A DNA stretch of 56,264 nucleotides, counting the filler, from Jimgerdemannia flammicorona (Eukaryota): NCBI GenBank assembly GCA_003990765.1. It is 3 parts of 3 records of this genome, joined end to end, with 100 filler letters (N's around TTAATTAATTAA, not from the genome) between each part and the next. Parts side by side here need not be neighbours in the genome. Positions count along the whole stretch, not along the records: positions 1 to 18,691 come from RBNJ01002134.1; positions 18,792 to 37,480 come from RBNJ01002135.1; 1 more part is not named here. The stretch is one strand, 5' to 3'. The position numbers were made by a program, and so were the translations under genes. Each line of letters begins with the position of its first letter. The first letter of the stretch is position 1. A model generated the notes under the pieces. The model had not been told where the DNA came from. It made no database searches and worked only from the letters and a program-made list of their open reading frames with translations. Positions 11,301 through 21,463 of this stretch are shown piece after piece.

Positions 11301-13561
11301 TTATCTTGAGAATTCTGACATGATCCTTTGGGATGGTCATCTCCAGTCCAGTTGTGAGTAGGGTGGTTGTCTGGGGTTCCAGTACAGTCTCTTCTACTAT
11401 AGCAATGTCCATTCCAGCTGCATTTTCTGACTTGTATTCTGGCAAGACTGCATCAGGGTGGATCTTTCGAATCTTGATCTTGATTTCTTCTTCATCATCA
11501 TTGTCCTCCAGGAGGGCTGGTAGTTCATTATCTTCCTCCTTCTTTTTTTCCCTGATCTGTTTTTTGAGAGCTTTCTGCCTTCTTTTCTGATGGATCTTCT
11601 TGATTCCGATGGTGCACTAGTAGCAATCATTGACATACTCCATATAGTATATCTTGATCCCATGAGGACAGACTCCTTGTGGGACATAATCTTCTGCGAT
11701 CTTCTTACACCATTCTTCTTTACTCATTCATCCAACTTTCTTCTTCTTTGGAGTGGTCACCATATAAGCTTTCTCTTGCTCACTCTCTTCTTCCTCTATG
11801 TCAGGCAGGACTCCTTTGTTGACATTGATGGGAATTCATATCTTCTATCCCTGGTAGGTGATCTACATCTTCTGAGCATTGAGATTGATTACTGCCTTGG
11901 CTTTGTAAAGCCATTGATTGCTGATGAGGATGTCATAGTTGGTGGCATTGGTTACAATTACATCTACTGGGATGATTGCTCCTCCAATCTTAATGGGAAC
12001 ATCTCAGATCTTTCCCAGAGGTGTGGCTCTTGTATCATCAGCTGTGACGAACACCAGCTTAGTTGCTTCTTCCATATCCCAACCTAGGTGGTCTGCTGCC
12101 TTCTTGCTGAGGAGACATCCTCCTGCTCCTATATTAATGATGACTTCAAAGATTCTATCTTTGATTTGGCATATTGCATAAGCAGAGGTTTTGCGATTAT
12201 CCTCACTTTCTTCTCCTGAGTCCTCTTGAATGTTATTGGCCTCGGTTATCTTCCATCCTTGTTCCTTAGTTATTTCGGCAAGTCCAAATCTCATTTGCTG
12301 TCTGAATGTTGGGATTTCTGCAAGTTGACCAAAGGTTGCATTGACTTTTTGTTGACTGAGGTCTCTGAAGATATCATACTTGAAGGTCTTGGTCTTGTGA
12401 AGCTTCTTTTCTTTTTCTCCTTCACTGGCTGGAGTGGTTCCTCAGATAATATCTTGAACTGCTTGCTCCAGCTCCATATCTTGGTCCATCTCTTCAGCTT
12501 GGCTTTCTGTAGCAGTTTTCATCTGCTTTTCCACTGGGTTCTTCTTGGGTCTTCCTGGTGGTCTCTTGTAGGGTTCTTTGCAAACATCCTTCTTGGTGGT
12601 CTGAGCAGGATAGGCCTCTCATTCCTTTTCATTGGATTCTCCAATTTCTTCAAAGGTGATTGTGTTAGCCTGTTCCTTATTTCTAGTAGCATTGCTTGGT
12701 TGGGCCTTGTACTTAGTTTCACTCATACATTCATATGAGTAGTGGCCTTCTTCTCCACAAGTATAGCAGGTGCCTTTCTTCTTGTCTGAGGTGGCGGCAA
12801 ACTTCTGAACAGGGCGGCAGTCTCTTCCTCGAATTTCCTTTACCATATCTCCCAGGTGAGTAGTTATTTTGGCAAACCTTTTGGCAAGTTCCTTCATAGG
12901 GTCACTATTCTTTTGCTGCTCTATAGCTTTTGGCTGAAGTATATTTCAATTAATCATTGTGATAGGGATTACACTGGTTGTCTTGGGTGTTTTGATTTTG
13001 ACTCCTGTGATCCTTTCCATTGTATGGTCTTGTAGATATCTGGCTATCCAGTATCGCTGAGTATAGGTGACCTTCTGTGGCAGATCCAGAATCACTGGTG
13101 ATGAGTGGATGGCCATGGCTATCTCTGGGTAGAATGAAGGTTGCTTTGGCTACTTGGTCTCAGATAGCATCAGCATAATCCACAAGGATTATCTGATATT
13201 AGATTCTGGTGTAGAATATGTTTGGATCTTCACTCATTCCTTGGCATGTTGTATTGAGCTGATCCTTCAGAGCTTGCTTGATCTCATCTGTGTAGTAGGT
13301 GTTTTGAAGCCAGGTCTTCTGTACTATTAGTATAGTATTAGCATCATTTCTCACATAGTTTGTAGCTGTGAATGCTGCTCTTGCAGGGCCTTGTAGGCTA
13401 AAGAGCATAAGGGCTACTTGCTGTACTGCTATCAGGGTCCTTACAGTGGCATACTGCTCGAAATTATCAATGAAGATGATGATTGATTCATCTGAGGTAT
13501 ATCTATGGAATACTGGTGGTCTCATATCTATCTTGTCTGGGTATTGGGGCTTGGTTTGTAT
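8353..13561 (-). pseudogene. gag-pol: El1 gag-pol polyprotein, disrupted
   Basis: Gag RPPVFH..DESI..FI and zinc knuckle CYTCGEEGHYSYEC. Decayed protease IINIGAGGCLLS. RT LCVDYRKLN, LDLYSGFHQI, FGMCNAPASFQ, YVDD. RNase H and integrase, ending WKGPY...HQNRLKKY. The start position is approximate. Confidence 0.9.
11068..11480 (-). CDS. dut: dUTPase domain within El1 pol, between protease and RT
   Basis: All five trimeric dUTPase motifs are present: AGMDI, RSSLA, GVIDSDYTGEI, DRLVQ, RGKKGFGSTG. In frame with RT (ORF 10468-11445). Confidence 0.93.
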
Positions 13562-13625
13562 GGTTGTTTGGGTAGTGACAGTTGTTCGTTGTTCAGCTTG
13601 AAAGTGAGAGATTCATCTTGAATTA

Positions 13626-13642
13626 CCAGCCAATGGGCACCA
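13626..13642 (-). promoter_or_regulatory. El1 primer-binding site (tRNA not assigned)
   Basis: TGGTGCCCATTGGCTGG starts 3 nt (ACT) inside the 5' LTR. A decayed copy is at the same position in El3 (about 42341-42357). Confidence 0.65.
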
Positions 13643-13645
13643 AGT

Positions 13646-14142
13646 TGTAATGTAGTGAATGCTTACTCTTGAAAGTACGTCAGATTTCTATATCTTGAAA
13701 ACTTGACTGTTCTGACTCTTGCAGAGTCTCTTGAAGTTGCAGGGGAGGGTGGGTGAGTTCGAAGTGTATCTGCTCACAGGCTTACTAGTTCCTTTGCTAT
13801 CTCTTTACTTTTGAACTATTTTGATCTGAGATTTATTTACTCTAAGATACTGGGTTATTTATACAAGTTTTGCTAGCTATAAGGTGGCTAAGTTATGACA
13901 ACGTTTTCTGTGAGTCAGCAAGTATAAATTCTCTACATCTGCCAGAATCTTTATGATCATAAAGGATTTACATCTGTAGAATTTCTACAGTTGCCAAAGT
14001 TTCTATGAATGTTAAAGTTTCTATACTTGTAAAATATGACTACTATTTGTAAGGCTAAGCTATATTGGGAATTGGATTCAGATACCGCAATCAAATGTCT
14101 AATTCCCCTGATTCATGTTACTAATTCAGATTGACCATCACA
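13646..14142 (-). repeat. El1 5' LTR
   Basis: tgtaatgtagtg...catcaca, 497 bp, a direct repeat of 7373-7869. Confidence 0.93.
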
Positions 14143-14400
14143 GTATTTTAGGAGTTGCTATAAATTTGTTATTATGTAAATAAGTTTTAACTGTATATTG
14201 AACATTTATCTCTTCAAGAAGACTTTTAACTTTTGAATGTTTTTCTTATTTAATAGTAGAAATAAGTCATTCATCAATCCAATCCTGTCCCCATTTCTGT
14301 AAAAGTTTTGTATAATAATATCTATGGTTGACACTTTCTGTAATAAGATTACTAGTCTCAGAATTACTATAATGATTATTTCTGAGTATCAAAATACTGT
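14143..14400 (-). pseudogene. Decayed Tc1/mariner-type transposase, N-terminal part (continues at 7372)
   Basis: Reads KLLQKWGQDW...EKHSKVKSLLEEINVQ..YLHNNKFIATPKI, matching the GKHxKxxSLLxDEDV..YLRxNKF pattern. Joins in frame across the El1 TSD. Confidence 0.65.
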
Positions 14401-14448
14401 AAGATATTATAAAGTTACAAAATCATAGATAGAGATCTTTTGTTGTTT

Positions 14449-14650
14449 TTAAAATTTTTTGTAGTACTCCAATATGAATATCATCATTGTTATCATCATC
14501 ACTCTCTTCTTCTTCATAGTTATCAATTTCATCTTCATCTTCAATATTATCATCTTTATCTTCATCATCTTCATCCTCAGTATCATCCTTACTATTATTA
14601 TCTTTCTTCTCTTCCTCATCTTCATTATTCTCTTTCTCTTCATCATTATT
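14449..14650. repeat. Low-complexity (TCA/TCT)n tract; reads as Asp/Glu-rich on the minus strand
   Basis: Visible trinucleotide-like repeats. May be part of the transposase N-terminus. Confidence 0.6.
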
Positions 14651-14969
14651 TTTATTTCTATAATTAATTATATATATTATTAGCTCTTTTAAATTTTTAT
14701 ATAAATTAATAATTTTCCTTATACCTTAATATATTTGGATCATTGCTATATTCAGATGGAAGTAGTAATGGTTATGATGAAGCTTGGGGAGTTAAGAGAC
14801 TTGAAGATTGTAAAAAAATTATCTTATACATATCTTCAATAATTCTTTATCTTTTTTAATATCAAATCTCCCTCAGTTGTATTACTTGTTTTGTCAATCA
14901 TCTCATTATTATATACTATACTATATATAATATAAAGTAAGGTTAATATAAAGATTTGTAGAATTCTTA

Positions 14970-16140
14970 TTAATTGAGACTTGATAGCAAAGAATAGTTG
15001 ATAGAGGCTCAGTGACAGAGAATAGTTAATGAAAGCTCATTGCTGCTGAATTCTCATTGATAGAGACTCAATGATAGAGAATGTTCAATAGCAGAGAACA
15101 GTTGATGGCAGAGAACAGTTGATAGTAGAGAACAGTTGATAGAGGCTCATCACTACTGAATTCTCATAGATGGAGGCTTGATGGCAGAAAATGGTTAATA
15201 GAGACTTGATGGCAGATAGAGGCTCAATAGCAGAGAACTATTGATAGAGGATTGTTACTGCTGAATTCTCATTGATGGAGGTACAGAGAATGATCAATAG
15301 AGACTCATTACTACTGAATTCTTGATGGCAGAGAATAGTTGATAGAGGTTTGATAGTGGAGAATAGTCAATAGAAATTCAATAACAGAGAATAGTCAATA
15401 GTAGAGAATAGTTAATGGTAGAGAATAGTTGATGGAGGCTCATCATAGCTGAATTCTCATTGATGGAGACTTGATGGCAGAGAACAGTTGATAGAGGCTC
15501 ATCATTACTGAATTCTCAATGGTAGAGAATAATTGATAGAGACTCATTGCTGCTAAATTCTCATTAATAGAGGCTCAATAATAGAGAATAGTTAATGGAG
15601 ACTTGTTACTGCTGAATTCTTATTAATGGAGACTTGATGGTAGAGAACAGTCAATAGAGACTCATTGCTGCTGAATTCTCAATAGCAGAGAACAGTTGAT
15701 GGAGGCTCAATGGTAGAGAATAGCTAATAGAGACTCAATGGTAGAGAACAGTTAATGGAGACTCAGTGGCAGACAATAGTCAATGGAGGCTCAATGGTAG
15801 AGAACAGCCAATAGAGACTCATTACTGCTGAATTCTTATTGATAGAGACTTGATGGCAGAGAATGATTGATAGAGACTCAATAGTAGAGAATAGTCAATA
15901 GAGGCTCAATAGCAGAGAATTATCAATGAAGGCTCAATAGTAGAGAATAGTCAATGGAAGCTTGATGGCAGAGAACCATCAATAGAGGCTCAATGGTAGA
16001 GAAATATTGATAGTGGCTTGTCACTACTGAATTTTCATTAACAGAGAATAGAGATATAATGGTAAAGAATAGTCAATAATGAGGGCTTACTAATATCATT
16101 AATTCTCATTAACAAATGCTTGTTATAGTGAAATTCTCCT
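14970..16140 (-). repeat. Minisatellite array B, same units as array A in inverted orientation
   Basis: Units gatggcagagaatagttgatagaggctc and ctgctgaattctcattga are reverse complements of array A units. Confidence 0.9.
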
Positions 16141-16241
16141 TGTCAATAGTTTGATATAGTAGTTCCATCAGACTAATATATATATATATAAGATTATAAT
16201 TTTACATACCTTGTTTGAAGTATGGATAGATAAGTATTATG

Positions 16242-16313
16242 AGAAGAGAAGAGTGTTGTAAGAAGAGGAGAGTATTGTAAGAAGAGGAGGGTATTGTAAG
16301 AAAAGAAGAGTGT
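16242..16313 (+). repeat. 19-bp tandem repeat (agaagaggagagtattgta), about 4 copies
   Basis: Directly visible. Confidence 0.7.
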
Positions 16314-16374
16314 ATAGTTAATATTAATACATTTTGACATAAATCAATATTTCTAAGTTTGATAGATAAGTGCT

Positions 16375-18622
16375 AGTGAGCCTTTATAAGTCTTTCACAG
16401 TAATGAGTCTCTATCAACTATCTCCTACTATTGAGAAGAATTTAGCAGTAATGAGCCTCTATCAACCATTCTCTACTATTGAGCCTTCATCAACTATTCT
16501 CTGTCATCAAGCCTTTATCAATGAGAATTTAGTAGCAATGAGTCTCTATTGACTAATCTCTGTCATCAAGCCTCCATTAATAACAATTTAGCAGTGACAA
16601 GTCTCCATTGATAGTTCTCTGCTATCAAGGCTCTATCAATGAGAATTCAGCAATAATAAGCCTCTATTGACTATAGTACTCTTGCAAATCTGACTTAGGG
16701 CTAAGAATAAACCTAATATTTAATCTAAGTATTAAAAAGGTATTTGATTTAATAAAAATATATCCAATTTTAATAGTCTTAGGCTTGTTTGAAAGCTATT
16801 AATTGTAGGTTTCCAACTCATATATTTTTATTAGTTTTAGATGTATTTTCATTGAGTTATTAAATTTTAAATATTATATTGAGTGGCAAATTTATTCTCT
16901 CTAGCTTAGAATCTATAAATAGACTGTATTTTCAAAATACAATAACTTTATAAAAATACATTCAATATTAATAGTATTATATCTTTTAGAAAACCATAAT
17001 AATTACATTCCAACTAATACAAAATTATTAAAATTAGATATATTTTCATTAGATTATTATATTTTTAACACTTATAAGTAATGGGTTTATTTGAATTCTA
17101 CAGCAATGAGCCTCTATCAATGAGAATTTGATAGTAATGAGTCTCTATTGACTATTCTCTGCCATCAAGCCTCTATTAATGAAAATTTAGCAGTAATAAG
17201 CCTTCATTAACTATTCTCTATCATTGACTATTCTCTGCTATTGAGTCTCTATTGACTGTTCTCTGCCATTGAGTCTCTATTGATATTATCTGTCATTTAA
17301 CCTCTATTGACCATTCTCTGTTATTGAGCTTTTATTGACTATTCTCTGTTATTGAGCCTCTATTGACTATACTCTATCATCAAGTCGCCATTAACTATTC
17401 TCTATTATTGAGCCTCCATTAATAAAAATTCAATAGTGATGAGTTTCCATCAATAGTTCTCTATCATCAAGTATCTATCAATGAGAATTTAGCAGCAATA
17501 AGTCTCTATTAACTATTCTCTACTATTAACTATTCTCTATTATCAACTATTCTCTACTATTGAATCTCTATTGACCATTTTCTACCATTGAGCCTCTATT
17601 AACCATTCTCTACCATTGAGTCTCTATTGACCATTCTCTACTATTGAGTCTCTATTAACTATTCTCTGCTATTGAACCTTCATTGACTGTTCTCTGCCAT
17701 CAAGCCTCTATTGACTATTCTCTACTATTAAGCCTTCATCAATAAGAATTCAGTAGTGATAAGTCTCTATCAGCTATTCTCTACTATTAAGTCTCTATTG
17801 ACCATTCTTTGCCATCAATTCTCCATTGACCATTCTCTACCATTGAGCCTTTATTGACTATTCTCTACTATTGAGCCTCTATCAATTATTCTCTGCTATT
17901 GAGAATTTAGTAGCAATGAGCTTCTATTGACTATTCTCTACCATCAAGTCTTTATTAATAAGAATTCAGCAGTAATAAGTCTCCATTGACTATTCTCTAC
18001 TATTGAGCCTCTATCAATGAGAATTCAGTAGTAATGAGTCTCTATTGATCATTCTCTGCTATTGAGAATTCAGTAGCAATAAGTTTCTATTAACTGTTCT
18101 CTACTATCAAGTCTTCATTAATGAGAATTCAGCTATAATGAGCCTCCATTAATCATTCTCTGCCACTGAGCCATCAATGAGAATTCAGCAGTAATGAGTC
18201 TTTATTAGCTATTCTCTACTATCAAGCCTCCATTGACTGCTCTTTATCACTAAGTCTCTATTAACCATTCTTAGCCATTGAATATCTATTAATTGATCTC
18301 TGTCATAAAGTCTCCATTAATGAGAATATATAGTAACAAGTTTTTATCAATGAGAAATTGAGTCTCTATCAATGAGAATTCAGTAGTGATGAGCCTCTAT
18401 TGACTGTTCTTTACCATTAATCATTCTCTATCTATTGACTATTCATTAATAAGAATTTAGCTATTCTTTATCATTGACTATTCTCTGCCACTGAACCTCT
18501 ATTGATCATTCTCTATCATTGAGTCTTCATTAACCATCCTCTGCCATCAAGCTTCCATTAGCCATTCTCTGTCATTGAGTCTTCATTAACTATTCTCTAC
18601 TGTTAAGTCTCTATTAACTAAT

Positions 18623-18625
<3 letters not shown>
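16375..18625 (+). repeat. Minisatellite array C (same orientation as A), interrupted by an AT-rich insert at about 16675-17095
   Basis: Same modular units. Runs into the contig-terminal poly-T (about 18626-18691). Confidence 0.9.
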
Positions 18626-18691
<66 letters not shown>

Positions 18692-18791
18692 NNNNNNNNN
18701 NNNNNNNNNNNNNNNNNNNNNNNNNNNNNNNNNNNTTAATTAATTAANNNNNNNNNNNNNNNNNNNNNNNNNNNNNNNNNNNNNNNNNNNN
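18692..18791. other. Assembly spacer N44-TTAATTAATTAA-N44
   Basis: A 100-bp gap containing a six-frame stop linker at 18736-18747. Confidence 0.98.
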
Positions 18792-18965
18792 CTTATTATC
18801 TATAAAGAAAAGTCTAGATAATATCTCAGATACTACAGCCTAGGTATCCAGGATATGTTCAGCACTATATTACCCTTCCTACCAATGAGATATGATACCC
18901 ACTCTAGTTTAGGAGAGCATTTCCCCATTTCTCAGTTTTCACTTCTATTACTCTCTGGGTAATAA
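18792..18965 (-). mobile_element. Decayed LINE-D fragment (RT C-terminal region), left of the El2 insertion
   Basis: Similar to LINE-A about 1030-1190 and continues at 28112. Confidence 0.7.
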
Positions 18966-19777
18966 TATAATAACTCTCACTTCTACCCCTCTCTTATTCT
19001 TTGGATAATTAGGGAAGTGGACTATTACTTAGGGACTTAGTATACAATGTGTACCAAGAAGCCTTCAGTTTGAGGAAGCACTCACTTATAAGTAGTTATA
19101 GTGGCAGTGCCTTATCTTTCAAAGGTCTTTTTCTGGTTTGCCTTCTGTTTCAAAGGTCTTTCTCTTGTGCCCTATTTCGAGGGTCTTGTTCCTTGCTGTG
19201 CACAGACTGAATTCGCCTTGGAATTCAGGTTCAATGGGTTTACTTAAGTCTTTGGGGATTTATATACTAGTCTCAGTTCTGGCAGAAGTTAGCTAGGCTT
19301 CTGGAGTTTAGTCAGAAACACTAGAGTCACTTAGATGTCATTATTAAGACTCAGGGGAATGTGTGTGTGTGGGGGAAACTTGATTCTTATATCAAGGACT
19401 GAACTAAAACTGCTTTATTTCGAATAGAAACTGGGGGGTATTTATGCAAGTTGGTCTGCGATTTCTGACTAAGTATGAGTGACTAATTTGGTAACTATAA
19501 TGAGGTTTGTGATCATGACCTTTGTTAGGTGGTTTTTGGTAAAGAATATCTTTATGATCAGGACCTCAATTACTAGGCAATGATCAGCAGCTGTGACAAC
19601 TGTTGCTGTGGCACCGATTATTGGGGATAAGCTGGATATTGTTTTCTACATCGTTTTGCATCATTCATTCATTATTCATATGCCAAGCTTGATCATATGA
19701 TGACATTATCGTCGGGTCACGTGATTATTCATGATCATTCATTGCATCCCATCTGTTCACTCATTCGTTCTATTACA
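18966..19777 (-). repeat. El2 3' LTR
   Basis: Direct repeat of 27301-28111. Termini t(g>a)taat...attaca. Confidence 0.95.
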
Positions 19778-19790
19778 TCCTTCCCCCCTT
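19778..19790 (-). promoter_or_regulatory. El2 polypurine tract
   Basis: Minus strand aaggggggaagga abuts the 3' LTR. Confidence 0.85.
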
Positions 19791-20156
19791 AGAAATCAAC
19801 ATCCTCATTGATGGAGAAATTGAGAACCAGGGGAGAGAAAGGTGGGGAATCCTCCTCAGGGTTGTTACCATCTTCTTCAGGGACAGGGGGGGTGGTTACT
19901 ATGGCTTGCTGTCCAGGATGGAGAAGTCAATAAGGTCTGCAAATAGTTCTTACATTGGGATAGGTACTGGTATAGGGGTTCTCCATCTGATGTGGTTGGG
20001 GCCATCCAAGTAGAGCTCTTGATCTTCATGCCTGGGAATATCCATTTGAATAGGTAGTCCTTCAAAAAGGTTAGAGAGGCCTTGAAGCTATTGGTCAGGG
20101 TTGTCATTCAAGAGGGGACTCCAGTGGGGCTTGATATCAGTAGACTTGAGGACAAT

Positions 20157-20615
20157 CTAGGAGTTGGCTTCTTGGGCAACCTTGACTTCTAGGGCATTGA
20201 CCTCAAGGAACAAGAGGTTCTGGAAGTCCTTCAGTTGTATGTAGTTGAGGTTGGGGATTGTAAAGAGTGCATGGCACATGATTTGATGGATCTTCTTGGC
20301 AAGTCTTTGCTCATGCCTGTCTAGGTGAGTCCAGTCAGAGATCTGGTCTGTGGATAGGCCATTTGTGTGTTGGAGAAGCTGGTGACCAATTTCATATTCA
20401 TGCCAGATTTCTAGGCAGCTGGTAGCAAGGTAGGCCCTTTCAATAAGTTCATGGTGGTCAAGGACATACTGTCCTAGATCTGGGCTGGAGAGGTTAAGGG
20501 CCTCTGAGTGGTGGTTCCTTCCTTGGATAGCAACCTGGATGTGTCCAAAGAGGCAGTCAATCTGGCTTGGGAGGGGCTGGCTATGGTAGGCAGTTTGGCA
20601 GTAGGTGGCAGGCAT
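20157..20615 (-). CDS. El2 accessory ORF3, 152 aa, unknown function
   Basis: Stop-free frame from ATG (MPATYCQ...). Clear homolog at 43151-43689 and a distant homolog at 7911-8372. Confidence 0.75.
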   Translation of the reverse strand: MPATYCQTAYHSQPLPSQIDCLFGHIQVAIQGRNHHSEALNLSSPDLGQYVLDHHELIERAYLATSCLEIWHEYEIGHQLLQHTNGLSTDQISDWTHLDRHEQRLAKKIHQIMCHALFTIPNLNYIQLKDFQNLLFLEVNALEVKVAQEANS

Positions 20616-21304
20616 TCTTGTCTTGTCTTTTCTTTGTGAGGAGAGGGGGATGATAGTTGCAGGGTATTCTTGCCTTGGGTATTTATACTTATTCACCTGT
20701 CTGATGTGACCTTCCTTTGGTCACACTTTCTGGCAAAATGCATGACCTGTTGCTGTAAGCGGGGCATGTGCTAGTCACATGAGAAAATCCTGATTTCAAA
20801 GATATCATCACTTATAATTATGGTTACACAGAGTTAACAGGTCTTGGTCCACTTTATTTTTGCCTGGTTGGTGCATTTGCGAGGACTGGCCATCCTTGTC
20901 TAGGGCGAGGGCTCCCATTGTTGCGGCTGGAGCTTCAAACCTCTTGGAAATAGACTTTCTTATAATCTAAGGCAATTCCTAGTAACAATATCTGTCATGT
21001 GGATGGACTTAGACTGGTTTTGACATTGTTGGCTTTCCTAAGTTTCACATGAAGTGTCCGTCATCATCCAGTGGAGATGACACAGATGGCATAAAATAGA
21101 GTTGTTCAAATGTATTTTGCTATACTGTATGAGATTGTTCTTTTGCTCAGGTATCTTCTTGTTGGTTATCCATAGTGTTCCTTTTTCTCACAATATTTGG
21201 TATTATATGTTTCCAGATAAAATATGTGGTATCCTTCTGCTCACTGTGTACTCCTATACTTAGAGCTGTAGTTCCTTCCTTTGCTGGGGGGTGAGTGTTT
21301 CCAT

Positions 21305-21463
21305 GTAGTCCTGGAGGGCTTCACATGCATTCTTCAGGGCTTCTTCTTTTTCCCAAGTGGCATCATGAGTGGGATAACCCTTCCACTTGATCAGGAAAAA
21401 GCACTTGACTGTTTTGGGGTATTTGTGGACCTTGTGGTTAAGTACTTCCTTAATTTCAAATTC
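21305..21463 (-). CDS. Integrase C-terminal chromodomain
   Basis: EFEIKEVLNHK...FLIKWKGYPTHDATWEKEEAL; the aromatic-cage residues F, W and Y are retained. Confidence 0.9.

Larger units (their letters stand above)
7373..14142 (-). mobile_element. Ty3/gypsy LTR retrotransposon El1 (gag-PR-X-dUTPase-RT-RH-IN plus ORF3, no chromodomain)
   Basis: Two 497-bp LTRs, a 4-bp TSD GTAT (7369-7372 and 14143-14146), PBS and PPT, and domain order RT-RH-IN. Removing the element restores the transposase reading frame (..TPKILKRYLE..). Confidence 0.95.

Noticed and set aside
11068..11480. dUTPases as host or phage genes
   Set aside because: Both are in frame within LTR-bounded gag-pol polyproteins.
14440..14683. 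His-, Ile- and Met/Lys-rich small ORFs
   Set aside because: Alternate readings of a low-complexity trinucleotide tract.
16675..17095. AT-rich insert in array C as a defined MITE
   Set aside because: Only short inverted matches (aataaacc/ggtttatt) and no convincing TSD.
18736..18747. TTAATTAATTAA palindrome inside the N runs (also 37525-37536)
   Set aside because: Artificial six-frame stop linker, not a biological site.
20157..20696. ORF3 as a retroviral envelope gene
   Set aside because: Too short, with no evident signal peptide, furin site or transmembrane anchor. Kept as an unknown accessory ORF.
20616..21259. Possible fourth ORF between the El2 chromodomain and ORF3
   Set aside because: The minus-strand frames examined contain several stops, and similarity to 43700-43920 is too weak to support by eye.
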